64,000 bases of DNA from an uncultured delta proteobacterium. GTDB lineage: Bacteria; Desulfobacterota; Binatia; Binatales; Binataceae. The stretch lies in the NCBI GenBank assembly GCA_963724395.1, contig CAVRUK010000005.1, positions 1,001,261-1,065,260 on the forward strand, written 5' to 3'. Below the pieces are notes generated by a model, which saw only the letters and a program-made list of their open reading frames with translations, made no database searches and had not been told where the DNA came from. The first letter of the stretch is position 1; every line of letters starts with the position of its first letter. This document shows, piece after piece, positions 42,975 to 53,859 of the stretch. The translations under genes and the position numbers were made by a program.

Positions 42975-43625
42975 TCACTTTCTCTTCGTCGCTGATTGCG
43001 GCGCCGTCGCCTTCCGCGAGCGCGACGCCGTTGACTGTGACTGTCGCCGCGCGCGACTTGCACCCATCCGTGGCGGCCCTTTTTCAGATTGGTCGCGACC
43101 GTCTGTCCGCGCTCGAGCTTTGCGACTGACAGCATCGCGTCCTGGTGAATCTTTCACTGACTGATCGCCGCCGTCGGGAGAGCCTACCGGCGCGAAGCCG
43201 CCGTGCGCTTTGGCATCGTCGATGGTTTTTTGCTCGTAGCCCGGCGCGATGCCGCGCGTGGCGGGCGTGATCCAGATTTGCAGAAAATGAACCGGGTCGG
43301 TTTTCGAATGATTGAATTCGCTGTGCGTGATTCCCGTGCCCGCGCTCATCCGCTGCGCTTCGCCGGGACGGATGACCGAGCCGGTGCCGAGGCTGTCCTT
43401 GTGCTCGAGCGCGCCTTCGAGAATGTAGGTGATGATCTCCATGTCGCGATGCGGATGGGTTGGGAAACCCGCGCCGGGGCGGACGCGATCCTCGTTGATA
43501 ACGCGCAGCGTGCGAAATCCCATCTGGTCCGGATCGTAGTAGTCGCCGAACGAAAAAGTGTGGCGGCTGTCGAGCCAGTCGATTTTGGTGCGTCCGCGGT
43601 CGGCGGACTTGCGCGGAGTGATCAT
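42975..43625 (-). CDS. Pirin-family protein (3' end uncertain)
   Basis: '[55 protein letters not shown]' is a canonical pirin N-terminal cupin; the start Met sits directly downstream of the P450 gene. Confidence 0.7.
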   Translation of the reverse strand: MITPRKSADRGRTKIDWLDSRHTFSFGDYYDPDQMGFRTLRVINEDRVRPGAGFPTHPHRDMEIITYILEGALEHKDSLGTGSVIRPGEAQRMSAGTGITHSEFNHSKTDPVHFLQIWITPATRGIAPGYEQKTIDDAKAHGGFAPVGSPDGGDQSVKDSPGRDAVSRKARARTDGRDQSEKGPPRMGASRARRQSQSTASRSRKATAPQSATKRK

Positions 43626-43639
43626 CGAAGTCCCTCGAT

Positions 43640-44899
43640 TCAGGCCGCCTTGGCGGCCGGCTTCATCTTGAGGCGAATCGGCATGTGCTTGATGCCGCCG
43701 ACGAAGCTCGAGCGCAGCCGCTCGATGGGACCGGCGTGCTCGACGTGATCGAGGCGCTGGGCCAGCTGGCTGAAAATAATTTTCAGTTCGAGCCGCGCCA
43801 GGTTCGCGCCGAGGCAGAAATGCTCGCCGATGCCGAATGCGATATGCGGATTCGGATTGCGGCTGATGTCGAACTTGAAAGGATCCTTGAAAACTTCTTC
43901 GTCGCGATTCGCCGACGGATAGAACAGGCAGACCGATTCGCCGGCTTTGATCTTCTGGCCGCGAATGACGGTATCTTCGGTCGCGGTGCGCGCGAACTGG
44001 ATGACCGGCGTCGTCCAGCGCACGATCTCCTCGACCGCCGAGTCGATCAGCGCGGGATTGCGCTTGAGCTTCTGCCACTCGCCCGGATTGTCGATGAAAG
44101 CCTGCAGGCCGCCGGTGGTCGCGTTGCGCGTGGTCTCGTTGCCGGCCACGACCAGCAGGAAATAATAGGAGAGCATCTCGAACTGCGGTATCGGCTGGCC
44201 ATTGACCTTGCCGTTGGCGACGATGCTGGTGATGTCGTTGGTCGGATGCTTCATCCGCTCCGCCACCATGTCGGTGAAATACTGGAACAGGCCGAGCCGC
44301 GAACGATCCATCGTCTCCTGCGCGGTCGTCCCAGCCTGGAACTCGGGGTCGCCGCCGCCGATCGTCTCGTTGGTCCATCGAAAGAGCTGTTCCCAGTCCT
44401 TGTGCGGAACGCCGAGCAGCTCGGCGATGACGGCGAGCGGAATCTTCGACGATACGTCGGTGACGAAGTCGCAGGTGTCGCGGCCGGTCACGTCGTCGAG
44501 CACTCCGCGCGTGATGTTCTCGATTTCGGGCGCTAGCGGACTCACGCCACGCGGCGTGAAATGGCGGCTGACGACGACGCGATATTCGCCGTGGTCGGGC
44601 GGATCCATGTCGAGCAGATGGCGGAACGGCGGCGTCGGACTCTCCTCGAAGCCCTCCTCGTTGACGAACACCAGCAAGCGGGGGCCGTTGAGGAACAGGC
44701 GCGGCTGCTTCGAGATCTGAATGATGTCGGCGTGCTTGGTGATCGCCCAGAAGGGATCGGTCTTTGGATGCTCGCACCAGAAAACCGGTTTGTGCTTGCG
44801 CAGGTACGTCCATTCGCGATGCGGATAGCCGTTTTTCATGTAATGGTCGGGACCAATGATGTTCAACGATTCGAGTGACAGAGCCTGTTTAGTTTCCAT
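43640..44899 (-). CDS. Cytochrome P450
   Basis: Heme-binding loop '[17 protein letters not shown]'; 'AGNETT' I-helix; 419 aa. Confidence 0.85.
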   Translation of the reverse strand: METKQALSLESLNIIGPDHYMKNGYPHREWTYLRKHKPVFWCEHPKTDPFWAITKHADIIQISKQPRLFLNGPRLLVFVNEEGFEESPTPPFRHLLDMDPPDHGEYRVVVSRHFTPRGVSPLAPEIENITRGVLDDVTGRDTCDFVTDVSSKIPLAVIAELLGVPHKDWEQLFRWTNETIGGGDPEFQAGTTAQETMDRSRLGLFQYFTDMVAERMKHPTNDITSIVANGKVNGQPIPQFEMLSYYFLLVVAGNETTRNATTGGLQAFIDNPGEWQKLKRNPALIDSAVEEIVRWTTPVIQFARTATEDTVIRGQKIKAGESVCLFYPSANRDEEVFKDPFKFDISRNPNPHIAFGIGEHFCLGANLARLELKIIFSQLAQRLDHVEHAGPIERLRSSFVGGIKHMPIRLKMKPAAKAA

Positions 44900-44972
44900 T
44901 GGCGAATATCTCCGCGATGCCGGGATTTCCGTCTCGATTCCGCATTCTGACCGGTCGCGCGTGACGAGTCAT

Positions 44973-45167
44973 CTACTCGTCGCTGACCGTAATTGCCTGG
45001 CGGGGGCATAGCCGCACCGCGAGCTTGAGCTTGTCGCGCATGCGCTCGGGTGGATTTTCGATCAGCAGATGGCTCTTGTCGTCGTCGCGCACTTCAAACA
45101 CTTCCGGCGCCGCCTCCTGGCATTTCATGTTTCCCTCGCACAGCTTCAGATCGACAACGACCTTCAT
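44973..45167 (-). CDS. Small ferredoxin (P450 redox partner type)
   Basis: 64 aa, 'CEGNMKCQEAAPEVF...CPRQAI' cysteine pattern. Confidence 0.65.
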   Translation of the reverse strand: MKVVVDLKLCEGNMKCQEAAPEVFEVRDDDKSHLLIENPPERMRDKLKLAVRLCPRQAITVSDE

Positions 45168-45426
45168 ATGACTAGTCTCCTTGCAAACGCACTGCGGCCG
45201 ACGCAGCGATCATATAAGAGGATGGAACTTGCGACCAGCCGCGCGAAGCAGGAGATTTTGTGCGCGCCTTGGCTACTCGCTCGAGGCACTTGGGCGGAAA
45301 GAATTTGCGCGAGGCTTTCGTCGGCTCGAAGCATCAATTTGTGGGCCAGACATGACTTGTAGATAGCAAAGACCCGAATTAGCGCAATCGTGGTGCTTTG
45401 AAGAACACGCGTCTTAACCGCACGCC

Positions 45427-47178
45427 TTGCGCCGTGACAGTCTTTCCTGCGATACCGAGGGTTATGTCGATTCGCTCGAATCGCTTCGCGGAGGATCTGT
45501 AGTGTCCTACGATCTGCTTATCAAGAACGGCACTGTTATCGACGGCACCGGCGCGTTTCGGCGGCGTGCTGATGTCGCGGTCAAGGACGGCAAGGTCGCG
45601 GAGATCGGAAAAATCACCGAGGGCGGCGCGGAGACAATCGACGCGTCGGACCTGATCGTCGCGCCGGGCTTCGTCGATCCACATACTCACTACGATGCGC
45701 AGATCTGTTGGGACCCACTAGTCAGTTGCACCTCGTGGCACGGCGTAACCACCGTCGTGATGGGAAATTGCGGAGTGGGGATTGCGCCGTGCAAGCCCGC
45801 GGCCCGCGAGGTGGCGGCGTGGGACCTGGTCAACGTCGAGGCGATTCCGTTCGACGCGCTGTCGAAGGGGATTACCTGGGAGTGGGAGAGCTTTCCTGAG
45901 TTTCTCGCTGCGGCGGAGCGTCGTGGCGCGGGAATCAATCTCGCGTTTCTGGCTCCGCTGACTCCATTTCGGCACTACGTGCTGGGGGACGAGTCGATGG
46001 AGCGGGAGGCGTCGCCGGAGGAGACGACGCAGGTCGCGGCGCTGCTGCGCGAAGCAGTCGACGCGGGTGCGTTCGGATTTTCGACGACGACCCTCCCGCA
46101 GCATATCGGCTACCAGGGACGCCCGCTCGCATGCCGGCTGGCGTCAAACGACGAGCTGAAGGCCTACGCGAACGTGCTGCGAGACGCGGGCCGCGGCGCG
46201 ATCGAAATCGCCCTCACGCGCCGCGCCGGTCGGGTATCGGAGGACGAGGAGGGATTGCTGGAATTTCTCCTCGACGAGAGCACCCGGCCGGTCACCTGGC
46301 TCGCGATGGCGAGCCGTCCCGACAAACCCGAGGCGAGCGCCGACACGCTCCGGCGTCTCGAGCCGCTGATCAAGCGCGGCGGCGTGCCGCAAGTGCTGTG
46401 CAAGCCGTTCGTCGTGCAGATGGATTTGCGCAATCCGTTTTCATTCGCCGACATGGAGCTGTGGGGCCCGGTCTTCAATCAGCCGCTCGAGAAGCAGAAG
46501 GAGTTCTACCGCGACGCGGCTTTTCGCGCGGCGTTTCGCGAAGAGCTGAAGCGGCCGCATCTGTTCCAGGGCAGATGGAATCGGGTCGAGGTGCTCGACG
46601 TGTCGAGCCCGGCGCTGAAACAATATGAGCGCAAGACTGTCGCCGAAGTCGCCGACCAACGCCATCAGGATCCGCTCGATACGTTCTTCGACCTCGCGCT
46701 CGAGGACGATCTGAATATCCAGTACACGATGCAGCAGTACCACGAGGAAGGAATTCAGCGGCTGATTGGCGATCCGCGCACGATGATCGGGCTGTCCGAC
46801 GGCGGCGCGCATGTGAACATGCTGTGCGATGCCGGCTACTGCACGTACCTGCTCGGCACGTGGGTGCGCGAGCGGCAAGCGCTGACGCTCGAGCATGCAA
46901 TCAAGCGAATCACGTCGGAGCCGGCGGACTTCTTCGGAATCAAGGATCGCGGCAGGCTCAAGGTCGGGCTGCCCGCCGACCTCGCGATATTCGACGAGCG
47001 CAAAATAGGCTCGGCCAAGCGCGCGCGGATGCAGAACGATTTGCCCGGCGGCGGACGCCGGCTCGTGATGCCAGCCGAAGGCGTCGAGTACACCATCGTT
47101 AACGGCGACGTGCTCTACGAGCACGGCCATCATTCAGGCTACCTGCCAGGCCAAGTGCTGAAGTCAGGCGCGAACTAG
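45427..47178 (+). CDS. Amidohydrolase-family enzyme (N-acyl-D-amino-acid deacylase / D-aminoacylase-like)
   Basis: 'LLIKNGTVIDGTG...DLIVAPGFVDPHTHYD' metal-binding HxH motif; 583 aa. Confidence 0.7.
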   Translation: MRRDSLSCDTEGYVDSLESLRGGSVVSYDLLIKNGTVIDGTGAFRRRADVAVKDGKVAEIGKITEGGAETIDASDLIVAPGFVDPHTHYDAQICWDPLVSCTSWHGVTTVVMGNCGVGIAPCKPAAREVAAWDLVNVEAIPFDALSKGITWEWESFPEFLAAAERRGAGINLAFLAPLTPFRHYVLGDESMEREASPEETTQVAALLREAVDAGAFGFSTTTLPQHIGYQGRPLACRLASNDELKAYANVLRDAGRGAIEIALTRRAGRVSEDEEGLLEFLLDESTRPVTWLAMASRPDKPEASADTLRRLEPLIKRGGVPQVLCKPFVVQMDLRNPFSFADMELWGPVFNQPLEKQKEFYRDAAFRAAFREELKRPHLFQGRWNRVEVLDVSSPALKQYERKTVAEVADQRHQDPLDTFFDLALEDDLNIQYTMQQYHEEGIQRLIGDPRTMIGLSDGGAHVNMLCDAGYCTYLLGTWVRERQALTLEHAIKRITSEPADFFGIKDRGRLKVGLPADLAIFDERKIGSAKRARMQNDLPGGGRRLVMPAEGVEYTIVNGDVLYEHGHHSGYLPGQVLKSGAN

Positions 47179-47246
47179 GTGTGCGCCATCGCCGCGATGT
47201 CATCCTGACCGAGGCTACCGGTTCCGAGTCGCCGGGTCGTCACCCT

Positions 47247-47450
47247 GAGGGGGATGAACTATTCAGCCTGACCCCGGCGGATTTTCTGTGCTACCACTAC
47301 AGTATGGTCAAACGTCAGGATGCCCTCCTCTATACTCGCCCCACGCGCCCGCGATTGGGCGAGGCCACCTCCCGGTGAAAACTAATTTTGACGGAACGAA
47401 GCTACCGATGGTGGTGTGGCCGTCCCAGAACCACAACATATGGTATAAGT
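47247..47450 (+). repeat. Interspersed ~200-bp repeat family, copy C
   Basis: 'gggggatgaactattcagcctgaccccggcgg...tttgacggaacgaagctaccgatggtggt...ccacaacatatggtat'. Confidence 0.6.
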
Positions 47451-47463
47451 CACTCCTTTGGGC

Positions 47464-49488
47464 ATGATCCAGCACAACCATTTGCGCAACTCTCGGGCAC
47501 TGGTTTACAAGTTTTCGCTGATAATTGCGTTCCTCACTTTGACTTCGGCAATTTCACCGCCACCCGCCTCCGCCCAATTGCCACCGCTGATTCCGCGCGA
47601 CGTTCTGCTTGGCAATCCCGAGCGCGACAATCCGCATATCGCGCCCGACGGCAAACGCCTGGCATGGCTGGCGCCCGATGGGCACGGAATTCTGCAGGTG
47701 TGGGTGCAGACCATCGGGAGTCACGACGCGCGCGCCGTCACCGCCGACAAGAGCCGTGGAATTCACTCCTACCTGTGGGCGTTCGATTCGAAAACGATCC
47801 TCTACATGCAGGACGCCGCCGGCGACGAAAACTTCCACGTCTTCGGGGTCGATCTCGACTCGCTCAACGTGTGCGATCTGAACCCGTGGAATGGCGTGCG
47901 CGCTGAATTCGTCGCGGCGAGTCCGAAATTTCCCGAACGGGCGCTGGTTGCGCTCAATCTGCGCGATCGCAAACTGATGGACGTCTATCGAATCGATCTG
48001 CGCAACGGCGCCGTCGAACTCGATACTAAAAACCCCGGCGACATCGGAGGATGGCTGGCCGATGACGACCTGATCGTGCGCGCGGCCACGGTCACGACGC
48101 CCGACGGCGGCACCGAACTTCGGATTCGCGACCGCGCTGCCGGTCCGTGGCGCACTCTGATGAAGGCTGCAAAGGAGGACCAACTGGCGGCGCTGGACTT
48201 CAGCAAGGACGGACAATCGATCTTTCTCGGCACCTCGATCGGCACGGACACCACGCGCCTGGTGCGCCGTGAGATCGCGTCAGGGAAGGAAACCGATATC
48301 GCGCACAGCAACGATGCGGATCTGAGCGACGCGATGATTCAGCCGACGCGTCACGTCGTGCAGGCAGCGGCGTTCGATCCCGGCCGCCAGCATTGGGTCG
48401 TGATCGATCCGTCGGTTCAGGCCGACTTCGACGCTATCGCGAAAATCGCCGATGGAGATTTCACCGTCGTTGACCGCGACCTCGCCGACCGGACGTGGAT
48501 CGTCGCGTTCTCGAGCGACCGCGCGCCGACGCGCTACTATTCGTGGGATCGCGGATCGAAGAAAGCGACCTTGCTGTTCAGTGTTCAGCCCAAACTCGAC
48601 GATGCCCCGCTCGCCGCGATGAAGCCGGTTGAATTCACCGCCGGCGACGGAATGAAGCTCAACGGCTACCTCACGCTGCCGACCGGCGTGCCCGCAAAAA
48701 ATCTCCCGTTGGTGCTCGTGGTGCACGGCGGACCGTGGGCGCGCGATAGCTGGGGCTTCGATCCCGATACCCAACTACTGGCGAACCGTGGCTACGCTGT
48801 GCTGCAGATAAATTTTCGCGGCTCGACCGGGTTCGGCAAGAAGTATCTGCACGCCGGCGACCGCCAATGGGGCCTCAAGATGCAGGACGACCTCACCGAC
48901 GCCATCAAGTGGGCCGTCGATCAAGGCATCGCCGATCCAAAGCGAGTCGCTATCTTCGGCGGCTCATACGGCGGCTACGCGGCGCTCGCCGGGGCGGCAT
49001 TCACGCCCGACCTCTATCGATGCGCGGTGGACGAATGCGGGCCGTCGAATCTGTTCACGCTGTTGGCGTCGATCCCGCCGTATTGGGAAGTTGCGCGCTC
49101 GATCTTCTCGACCAGGGTCGGGAATTCCGCCGAACCCAGGGACAAGGAGCTGTTGACGGCGGCGTCGCCGTTGTTTTCCGCCGACAAAATAAAAATACCT
49201 ATGTTGATAGGCCAGGGCGCCAACGACCCGCGCGTCGAGCAGGCCGAGGCCGAGCAGATCGTCAATGCGATCGCGAAACATCGCGGGAGCGCGGTTTACG
49301 TTTTGTATACCGACGAGGGCCACGGCTTCGTGCGGCCGGAGAACCGGCTCGACTTTATCGCCCGAGCGGAAAAGTTCCTGGCCGATAACCTGGGCGGGCG
49401 CTACGAGCCGATGAAAGGCGATCGAATTCCCGGCTCGACCGCGAAGGCCCGCGTCGTCGGGAGCGTCGCCGAACCGACATCGCCGTAG
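47464..49488 (+). CDS. S9-family serine peptidase (prolyl oligopeptidase/dipeptidyl-peptidase type), secreted
   Basis: 'GGSYGGY' nucleophile motif, C-terminal 'DEGHGF', N-terminal beta-propeller region, signal peptide. Confidence 0.8.
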   Translation: MIQHNHLRNSRALVYKFSLIIAFLTLTSAISPPPASAQLPPLIPRDVLLGNPERDNPHIAPDGKRLAWLAPDGHGILQVWVQTIGSHDARAVTADKSRGIHSYLWAFDSKTILYMQDAAGDENFHVFGVDLDSLNVCDLNPWNGVRAEFVAASPKFPERALVALNLRDRKLMDVYRIDLRNGAVELDTKNPGDIGGWLADDDLIVRAATVTTPDGGTELRIRDRAAGPWRTLMKAAKEDQLAALDFSKDGQSIFLGTSIGTDTTRLVRREIASGKETDIAHSNDADLSDAMIQPTRHVVQAAAFDPGRQHWVVIDPSVQADFDAIAKIADGDFTVVDRDLADRTWIVAFSSDRAPTRYYSWDRGSKKATLLFSVQPKLDDAPLAAMKPVEFTAGDGMKLNGYLTLPTGVPAKNLPLVLVVHGGPWARDSWGFDPDTQLLANRGYAVLQINFRGSTGFGKKYLHAGDRQWGLKMQDDLTDAIKWAVDQGIADPKRVAIFGGSYGGYAALAGAAFTPDLYRCAVDECGPSNLFTLLASIPPYWEVARSIFSTRVGNSAEPRDKELLTAASPLFSADKIKIPMLIGQGANDPRVEQAEAEQIVNAIAKHRGSAVYVLYTDEGHGFVRPENRLDFIARAEKFLADNLGGRYEPMKGDRIPGSTAKARVVGSVAEPTSP

Positions 49489-49591
49489 ACTCGCGCAAAC
49501 ACTTCGTCGATCAGTTGTGATATGAAAAATTATGCGGCGCACCGACATCGAGGCGTTGCCGCCGACCGCCTAATCGCCAGGAGGAATCGCC

Positions 49592-50434
49592 ATGGCCGAA
49601 TTCGGAATCTCGATGTTCCCGACTGACTACGCAATCCAGCCGATCGAACTCGCACGCGCGGCTGAGGAACGCGGCTTCGAGTCGATGTTCTTCCCCGAGC
49701 ACACGCATATCCCCGCGTCACGCAAGACGCCGTGGCCCGGCGGCGGCGAATTGCCGAAGGAGTACTGGCACACCCACGATCCGTTCGTCGCGCTCGGCGC
49801 GGCGGCGGCGGTAACCAAGAAAATTAAACTCGCGACGGGCGTATGCCTGGTGATCGAGCGCGACCCGATCACGCTCGCCAAGGAAGTCGCGTCGCTCGAC
49901 ATGATTTCGGGCGGGCGCGTGATTTTCGGCATCGGCGCGGGCTGGAACGTCGAGGAGATGGAGAATCATGGCGCGGTCTTCAAGCGGCGCTGGAAAATCG
50001 TCAAGGAAAAAATTCTCGCGATACGGCAAATATGGACCAAGGAGGCGGCGGAGTTTCACGGCGAGTTCGTGAACTTCGATCCGATCTGGTCGTTTCCCAA
50101 ACCGGTGCAGGCGGGCGGACCGCCGATCCTGCTCGGCTCGCAATCGCCAAAGACGTTCGAGCGCGTCGCGGAGTATTGCGACGGATGGATGCCGATCAAT
50201 TTTCCGCGTTACGATCTCGCCGCCGGCCTGAAGGCGCTTGCCGATGCGGGCCAGAAGGCCGGCCGCAAGAAACTTCCGGTCTCGATGTTTGGCGTCGGTC
50301 CGAATGAGGAACATATCAAAAAGTTCCTCGACCTCGGACTCGACCGGCTGATTTTCGCGCTGCCGCCGGCGACACGCGAGACCGTGCTGCCGTTGCTCGA
50401 CAAGTACGCCGACCTGAAGGCCAAGGCGCGCTGA
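49592..50434 (+). CDS. Luciferase-like monooxygenase (LLM) family oxidoreductase, probably F420-dependent
   Basis: 'MAEFGISMFPTDYAIQPIELARAAEERGFESMFFPEHTHIP' resembles the F420-dependent LLM class. Confidence 0.65.
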   Translation: MAEFGISMFPTDYAIQPIELARAAEERGFESMFFPEHTHIPASRKTPWPGGGELPKEYWHTHDPFVALGAAAAVTKKIKLATGVCLVIERDPITLAKEVASLDMISGGRVIFGIGAGWNVEEMENHGAVFKRRWKIVKEKILAIRQIWTKEAAEFHGEFVNFDPIWSFPKPVQAGGPPILLGSQSPKTFERVAEYCDGWMPINFPRYDLAAGLKALADAGQKAGRKKLPVSMFGVGPNEEHIKKFLDLGLDRLIFALPPATRETVLPLLDKYADLKAKAR

Positions 50435-50457
50435 GGAGACTCATGATTTTTCCTGAA

Positions 50458-50512
50458 GTGGCTCTTGACTGGACTAGCCGCGATCTTTAGTCTAGCCACC
50501 CTATCGACTAAA
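50458..50512 (+). promoter_or_regulatory. Putative Rrf2 operator region containing the 'ctagtc/gactag' dyad motifs
   Basis: 'ttgactggactagccgcgatctttagtctagcc' upstream of the Rrf2 gene; related 'gattagtctagtcatctaatagg' at 51003-51025 downstream. Confidence 0.35.
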
Positions 50513-50523
50513 AACACGGTAAC

Positions 50524-50982
50524 ATGCTCTCGAAGAAGTCGAAATATGCCCTCAAGGCGATGATGGTTTTGGCCAAGGAATACGGCCAGGGACCCGTGCT
50601 CATCTCTGACCTGGCGCAGCGCGAAGGTATCCCGCGCAAGTTTTTGGAGCTTATCCTGCTTGAGCTCAAGAACCAAGGGCTCCTGCAGAGCAAGAAGGGC
50701 AAGGGCGGCGGCTACTTCCTCGGCCGCGATCCTCACCTGATCAGCGTAGGGCACGTTGTACGCGTCCTGGACGGGCCAATCGCACCTCTGCCATGCGTCA
50801 GCAAGACGGCATACATGCGATGCCGCGAGTGCCGCGACGAGCGCAGTTGTGGAATCAGGATCGTGATGAAGGAAGTCCGCGATGCGACCGCGAAAATAAT
50901 GGACTCGACTTCGCTGACCGACATGCTCAAGCAAGTCGAGGCAGTAGTAACCGGCAAAGAATCGCTGAGTTTCGCGATCTGA
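50524..50982 (+). CDS. Rrf2-family transcriptional regulator with a three-Cys cluster
   Basis: 'MLSKKSKYALKAMMVLA' wHTH N-terminus; 'CVSKTAYMRCRECRDERSCG' putative Fe-S ligands. Confidence 0.8.
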   Translation: MLSKKSKYALKAMMVLAKEYGQGPVLISDLAQREGIPRKFLELILLELKNQGLLQSKKGKGGGYFLGRDPHLISVGHVVRVLDGPIAPLPCVSKTAYMRCRECRDERSCGIRIVMKEVRDATAKIMDSTSLTDMLKQVEAVVTGKESLSFAI

Positions 50983-51036
50983 AAAGTTTCGGCAATTTTT
51001 TTGGGAGATTAGTCTAGTCATCTAATAGGATAGCTT

Positions 51037-51234
51037 ATGAAAATGGACTCAACTCTGACTAGCCGGCGCGATGCTCAACCTGAGCCCGATTCGGGCGACG
51101 AGATCCTGCGGCGCATTGCCAATGCCATCAGCGGCGTGCGCTTCGGCTCGATCGAGGTCGTAATCCAGGACTCGCGAGTCGTGCAAATCGAGCGCAAAGA
51201 GAAATTTCGCTTCGACAAGACCGGTCGCGGGTAG
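51037..51234 (+). CDS. DUF2292 (YezD-like) small protein
   Basis: 'FGSIEVVIQDSRVVQIERKEKFRF' matches the YezD/DUF2292 core as remembered. Confidence 0.55.
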   Translation: MKMDSTLTSRRDAQPEPDSGDEILRRIANAISGVRFGSIEVVIQDSRVVQIERKEKFRFDKTGRG

Positions 51235-51261
51235 CCGATCGAAACAAATTGTCCGCGACCA

Positions 51262-51400
51262 TCAAAAATTTTGAGAGGAGCCCGGACCGGGCAAGGATCC
51301 GGTGCATCGTGAATAGAGCCGACACAAATCAACCGCGAGCTGACCGGTCATCCGGAAGTTCCCAAGACGACGAGGGACTTTTGAGATGAGAAACCGAGCT
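51262..51400 (+). promoter_or_regulatory. Conserved ~135-nt leader (copy 1) upstream of the beta-helix gene
   Basis: Near-identical to 52258..52395: 'ggaaggatccgg.gca.c.tga...cgcgagctgaccgg.catccggaagttcccaagac...gagatgagaaa'. Confidence 0.55.
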
Positions 51401-52246
51401 ACGCTCCGTTTTCAGTGGATCCTGCCGACACTGATGATTGTCGCAGGCTTGATGATGCCGGCTCCGGCCTCGGCGCAGACGGCGTGCGCCCCAACCATCA
51501 ACGCGTGCGGATGCACAATCGATGCGCCCGGCTCCTACAAGCTCGGGCTGAATATCGATTCGGCTCAGGGACTCACTCCCGGCGGCGCGTGCATCGAGAT
51601 CGCCTCGAGCTTCGTGATCCTGGACGGCGCGAAGAAAACCATCACCGGGCCTGGTGGCACGAAGCCAACCGGGATTGGAGTCTGGGTTCATCGCAATTTG
51701 CGTTCAGACTTCCTCGGATTCCGTGGCACGGTGATCAGCGGGTTTGACGTCGGCTTGCTCATCCAGGGCAGTCAAATCGTCGCCGACGACGTCACCACGA
51801 ATACCAATGGGACGGCGGGTGTCGAGCTGTACAAGGCCGATTCTGTCGAGCTCACCAATACCACTGCTGAGAACAATCTCAATTACGGAATCTGGCTGAA
51901 GGCAACGTCCTCCAGCGATGTCACAAATTCCAAGACCGAGTCCAACGGCAACATTGGATTGTACGTGGGATGCTCCGATCTCGGGCCGATCAGCGCCGGA
52001 TGCACAGGAGTCGGCGGGTCACCGGGCAACTACATTTTCACGGGAAACATCCAGGCGAACGCCAACTACGGCGTCGCACTCGATATCGGCGCCAGGAACT
52101 CGATCGTGACCAACCAGACGCTGGGAGGAGGCACTCACAATTCGAAGGACGATTTGTTCGACGCGAATTCGAGTTGCGGCAGCAACAAATGGTTCGGCGA
52201 TGACTCGACGGCGACCAACAACCAGGCCGGCGGCTGCATCAAATGA
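51386..52246 (+). CDS. Secreted right-handed parallel beta-helix repeat protein
   Basis: Signal peptide; repeated 'N.NGxxG(I/V)' beta-helix rungs ('NNLNYGIWL', 'SNGNIGLYV', 'ANANYGVALD'). Confidence 0.5.
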   Translation: MRNRATLRFQWILPTLMIVAGLMMPAPASAQTACAPTINACGCTIDAPGSYKLGLNIDSAQGLTPGGACIEIASSFVILDGAKKTITGPGGTKPTGIGVWVHRNLRSDFLGFRGTVISGFDVGLLIQGSQIVADDVTTNTNGTAGVELYKADSVELTNTTAENNLNYGIWLKATSSSDVTNSKTESNGNIGLYVGCSDLGPISAGCTGVGGSPGNYIFTGNIQANANYGVALDIGARNSIVTNQTLGGGTHNSKDDLFDANSSCGSNKWFGDDSTATNNQAGGCIK

Positions 52247-52257
52247 CGAGTCGCGCA

Positions 52258-52395
52258 CGACCATAAAAAAACAGGGAGGAGCACGGACCAGGGAAGGATC
52301 CGGCGCACCATGACACAGCCATTAAATAATCGCGAGCTGACCGGACATCCGGAAGTTCCCAAGACCATGAGGGGCTTTCGAGATGAGAAAATGCA
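52258..52395 (+). promoter_or_regulatory. Conserved ~135-nt leader (copy 2) upstream of the porin gene
   Basis: See 51262..51400. Confidence 0.55.
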
Positions 52396-53852
52396 CTTTG
52401 CCGATCCTGCCGGTTATGCTGGCGGCGATAATTGCCGGGGTGTTTGTTCACGCCCGGCCGGCGCATGCGCAGTCGAGGCTGTCGACCGATCCGAAGGATC
52501 AGGAAATCGAATTGCTGAAGACCGAGGTCAAGCAACTCAAGCAGAGGGTCGATACCTTGGAAGGACTTGACCAGAAAGTGAAAGTGATCGACCGCAAACT
52601 CGAAGTTCAGGAAGAGACCCAGCATCAGAGGTCGCTCGAGATGCCGATCGTTAAGGTAGGCGAGGAAGGATTCTCGCTGTCGTCGCCCAACCACGACTAC
52701 AATATCGATTTCGGCGGAATCATCCAGGGTGACGGCCGCTTCTTCACCAGCGGCGCAGACAAGAACGTCGGCAGCACGTTCTTCCTGAATCGAGTGCGCC
52801 CGATTATCACCGGTTCGGTTGCGCAGTATTACAACTTCAACATCACGCCCGACTTCGGCCAGGGCAAGGTCACGCTGCAAGACGCCTACATCAATATGAC
52901 CTATTGGGATTATGCAAGCCTGAGGGCCGGGAAGTTCAAAGCGCCACTGGATCTCGAGCGCCTACAGTCGGACCGCGATCTGGAATTCAGCGAACGCTCG
53001 GAGATCCAGAATCTGGTCCCGAACCGCGACACTGGCGCCGACCTCCACGGCAGACTTATGGACGGCCGCGTCTTCTATGACGCCGCGTTAATGAATGGAG
53101 TACCTAACAACACTGCCGCGGACACTACCGACCTCGACACCAATGACGGCAAGGATTTCGTCGGCCGCATCTTCACCACACCGTTCGAACTCGGCGAGAA
53201 CAGATGGCTCAAGGGCCTGGGTTTCGGTTTCGCCGGTTCTTATGGCGATGAACGCGGCGCCACGACCTCGACCTACAAGACCTACGGCATGAGTACCTGG
53301 TTCCAGTACAACAAGGGCGTGACCGCGTCGGGGTTGCGCGCGCGAATCGAACCGCAGCTCTACTACTACTGGCGCAGCTTTGGATTGATGGCCGAGTACG
53401 CGCAGGACCAGCACTCGCTGAACCTGTTCACCACTACCGGGAAGGCGCCGTTTACAAAGCTCATCAATCGTACCGACACCTTCACCGACACCGGCTATTT
53501 CGTGCAGGGTTCCTACCTGCTGACCGGCGAAGATGCGTCCTACGGCTGGGTTAAGCCGCATCATCCGTTCGACCCGCGCAATGGATTCTTTGGCGCATGG
53601 GAGTTGGCGGCCAGAATCAGCAACGTCGCCGCGCAGACGCGCCAATTCCAGCTCGGTTTCGCCAATCCGAGCGTGTCCGCGGAAACTGCGACCGAGTGGG
53701 CGGTGGGCGTCAACTGGTACCTGAACTCGAACATCAAGTGGCAGTTCGACTATGCGAACACGTTCTTCGACGGCGGCGCCGGCACGACCTCCGACGTTAA
53801 GGACCGGCCGAACGAAAGCGTCATCGAGTCGCAACTGCAGATCTCGTTCTGA
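52383..53852 (+). CDS. Outer-membrane anion-selective porin, OprO/OprP (phosphate-selective porin O/P) family
   Basis: Signal peptide, N-terminal coiled coil, beta-barrel body ending in C-terminal '...LQISF'; O/P porin-like '[10 protein letters not shown]' region. Confidence 0.65.
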   Translation: MRKCTLPILPVMLAAIIAGVFVHARPAHAQSRLSTDPKDQEIELLKTEVKQLKQRVDTLEGLDQKVKVIDRKLEVQEETQHQRSLEMPIVKVGEEGFSLSSPNHDYNIDFGGIIQGDGRFFTSGADKNVGSTFFLNRVRPIITGSVAQYYNFNITPDFGQGKVTLQDAYINMTYWDYASLRAGKFKAPLDLERLQSDRDLEFSERSEIQNLVPNRDTGADLHGRLMDGRVFYDAALMNGVPNNTAADTTDLDTNDGKDFVGRIFTTPFELGENRWLKGLGFGFAGSYGDERGATTSTYKTYGMSTWFQYNKGVTASGLRARIEPQLYYYWRSFGLMAEYAQDQHSLNLFTTTGKAPFTKLINRTDTFTDTGYFVQGSYLLTGEDASYGWVKPHHPFDPRNGFFGAWELAARISNVAAQTRQFQLGFANPSVSAETATEWAVGVNWYLNSNIKWQFDYANTFFDGGAGTTSDVKDRPNESVIESQLQISF

Positions 53853-53859
53853 GGTGAGA

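Noticed and set aside
43626-44813. 5' extension of the pirin ORF to 612 aa (minus strand)
   Set aside because: It overlaps the cytochrome P450 gene on the same strand in another frame. Pirin homology starts at the internal Met 'MITPRKS'.
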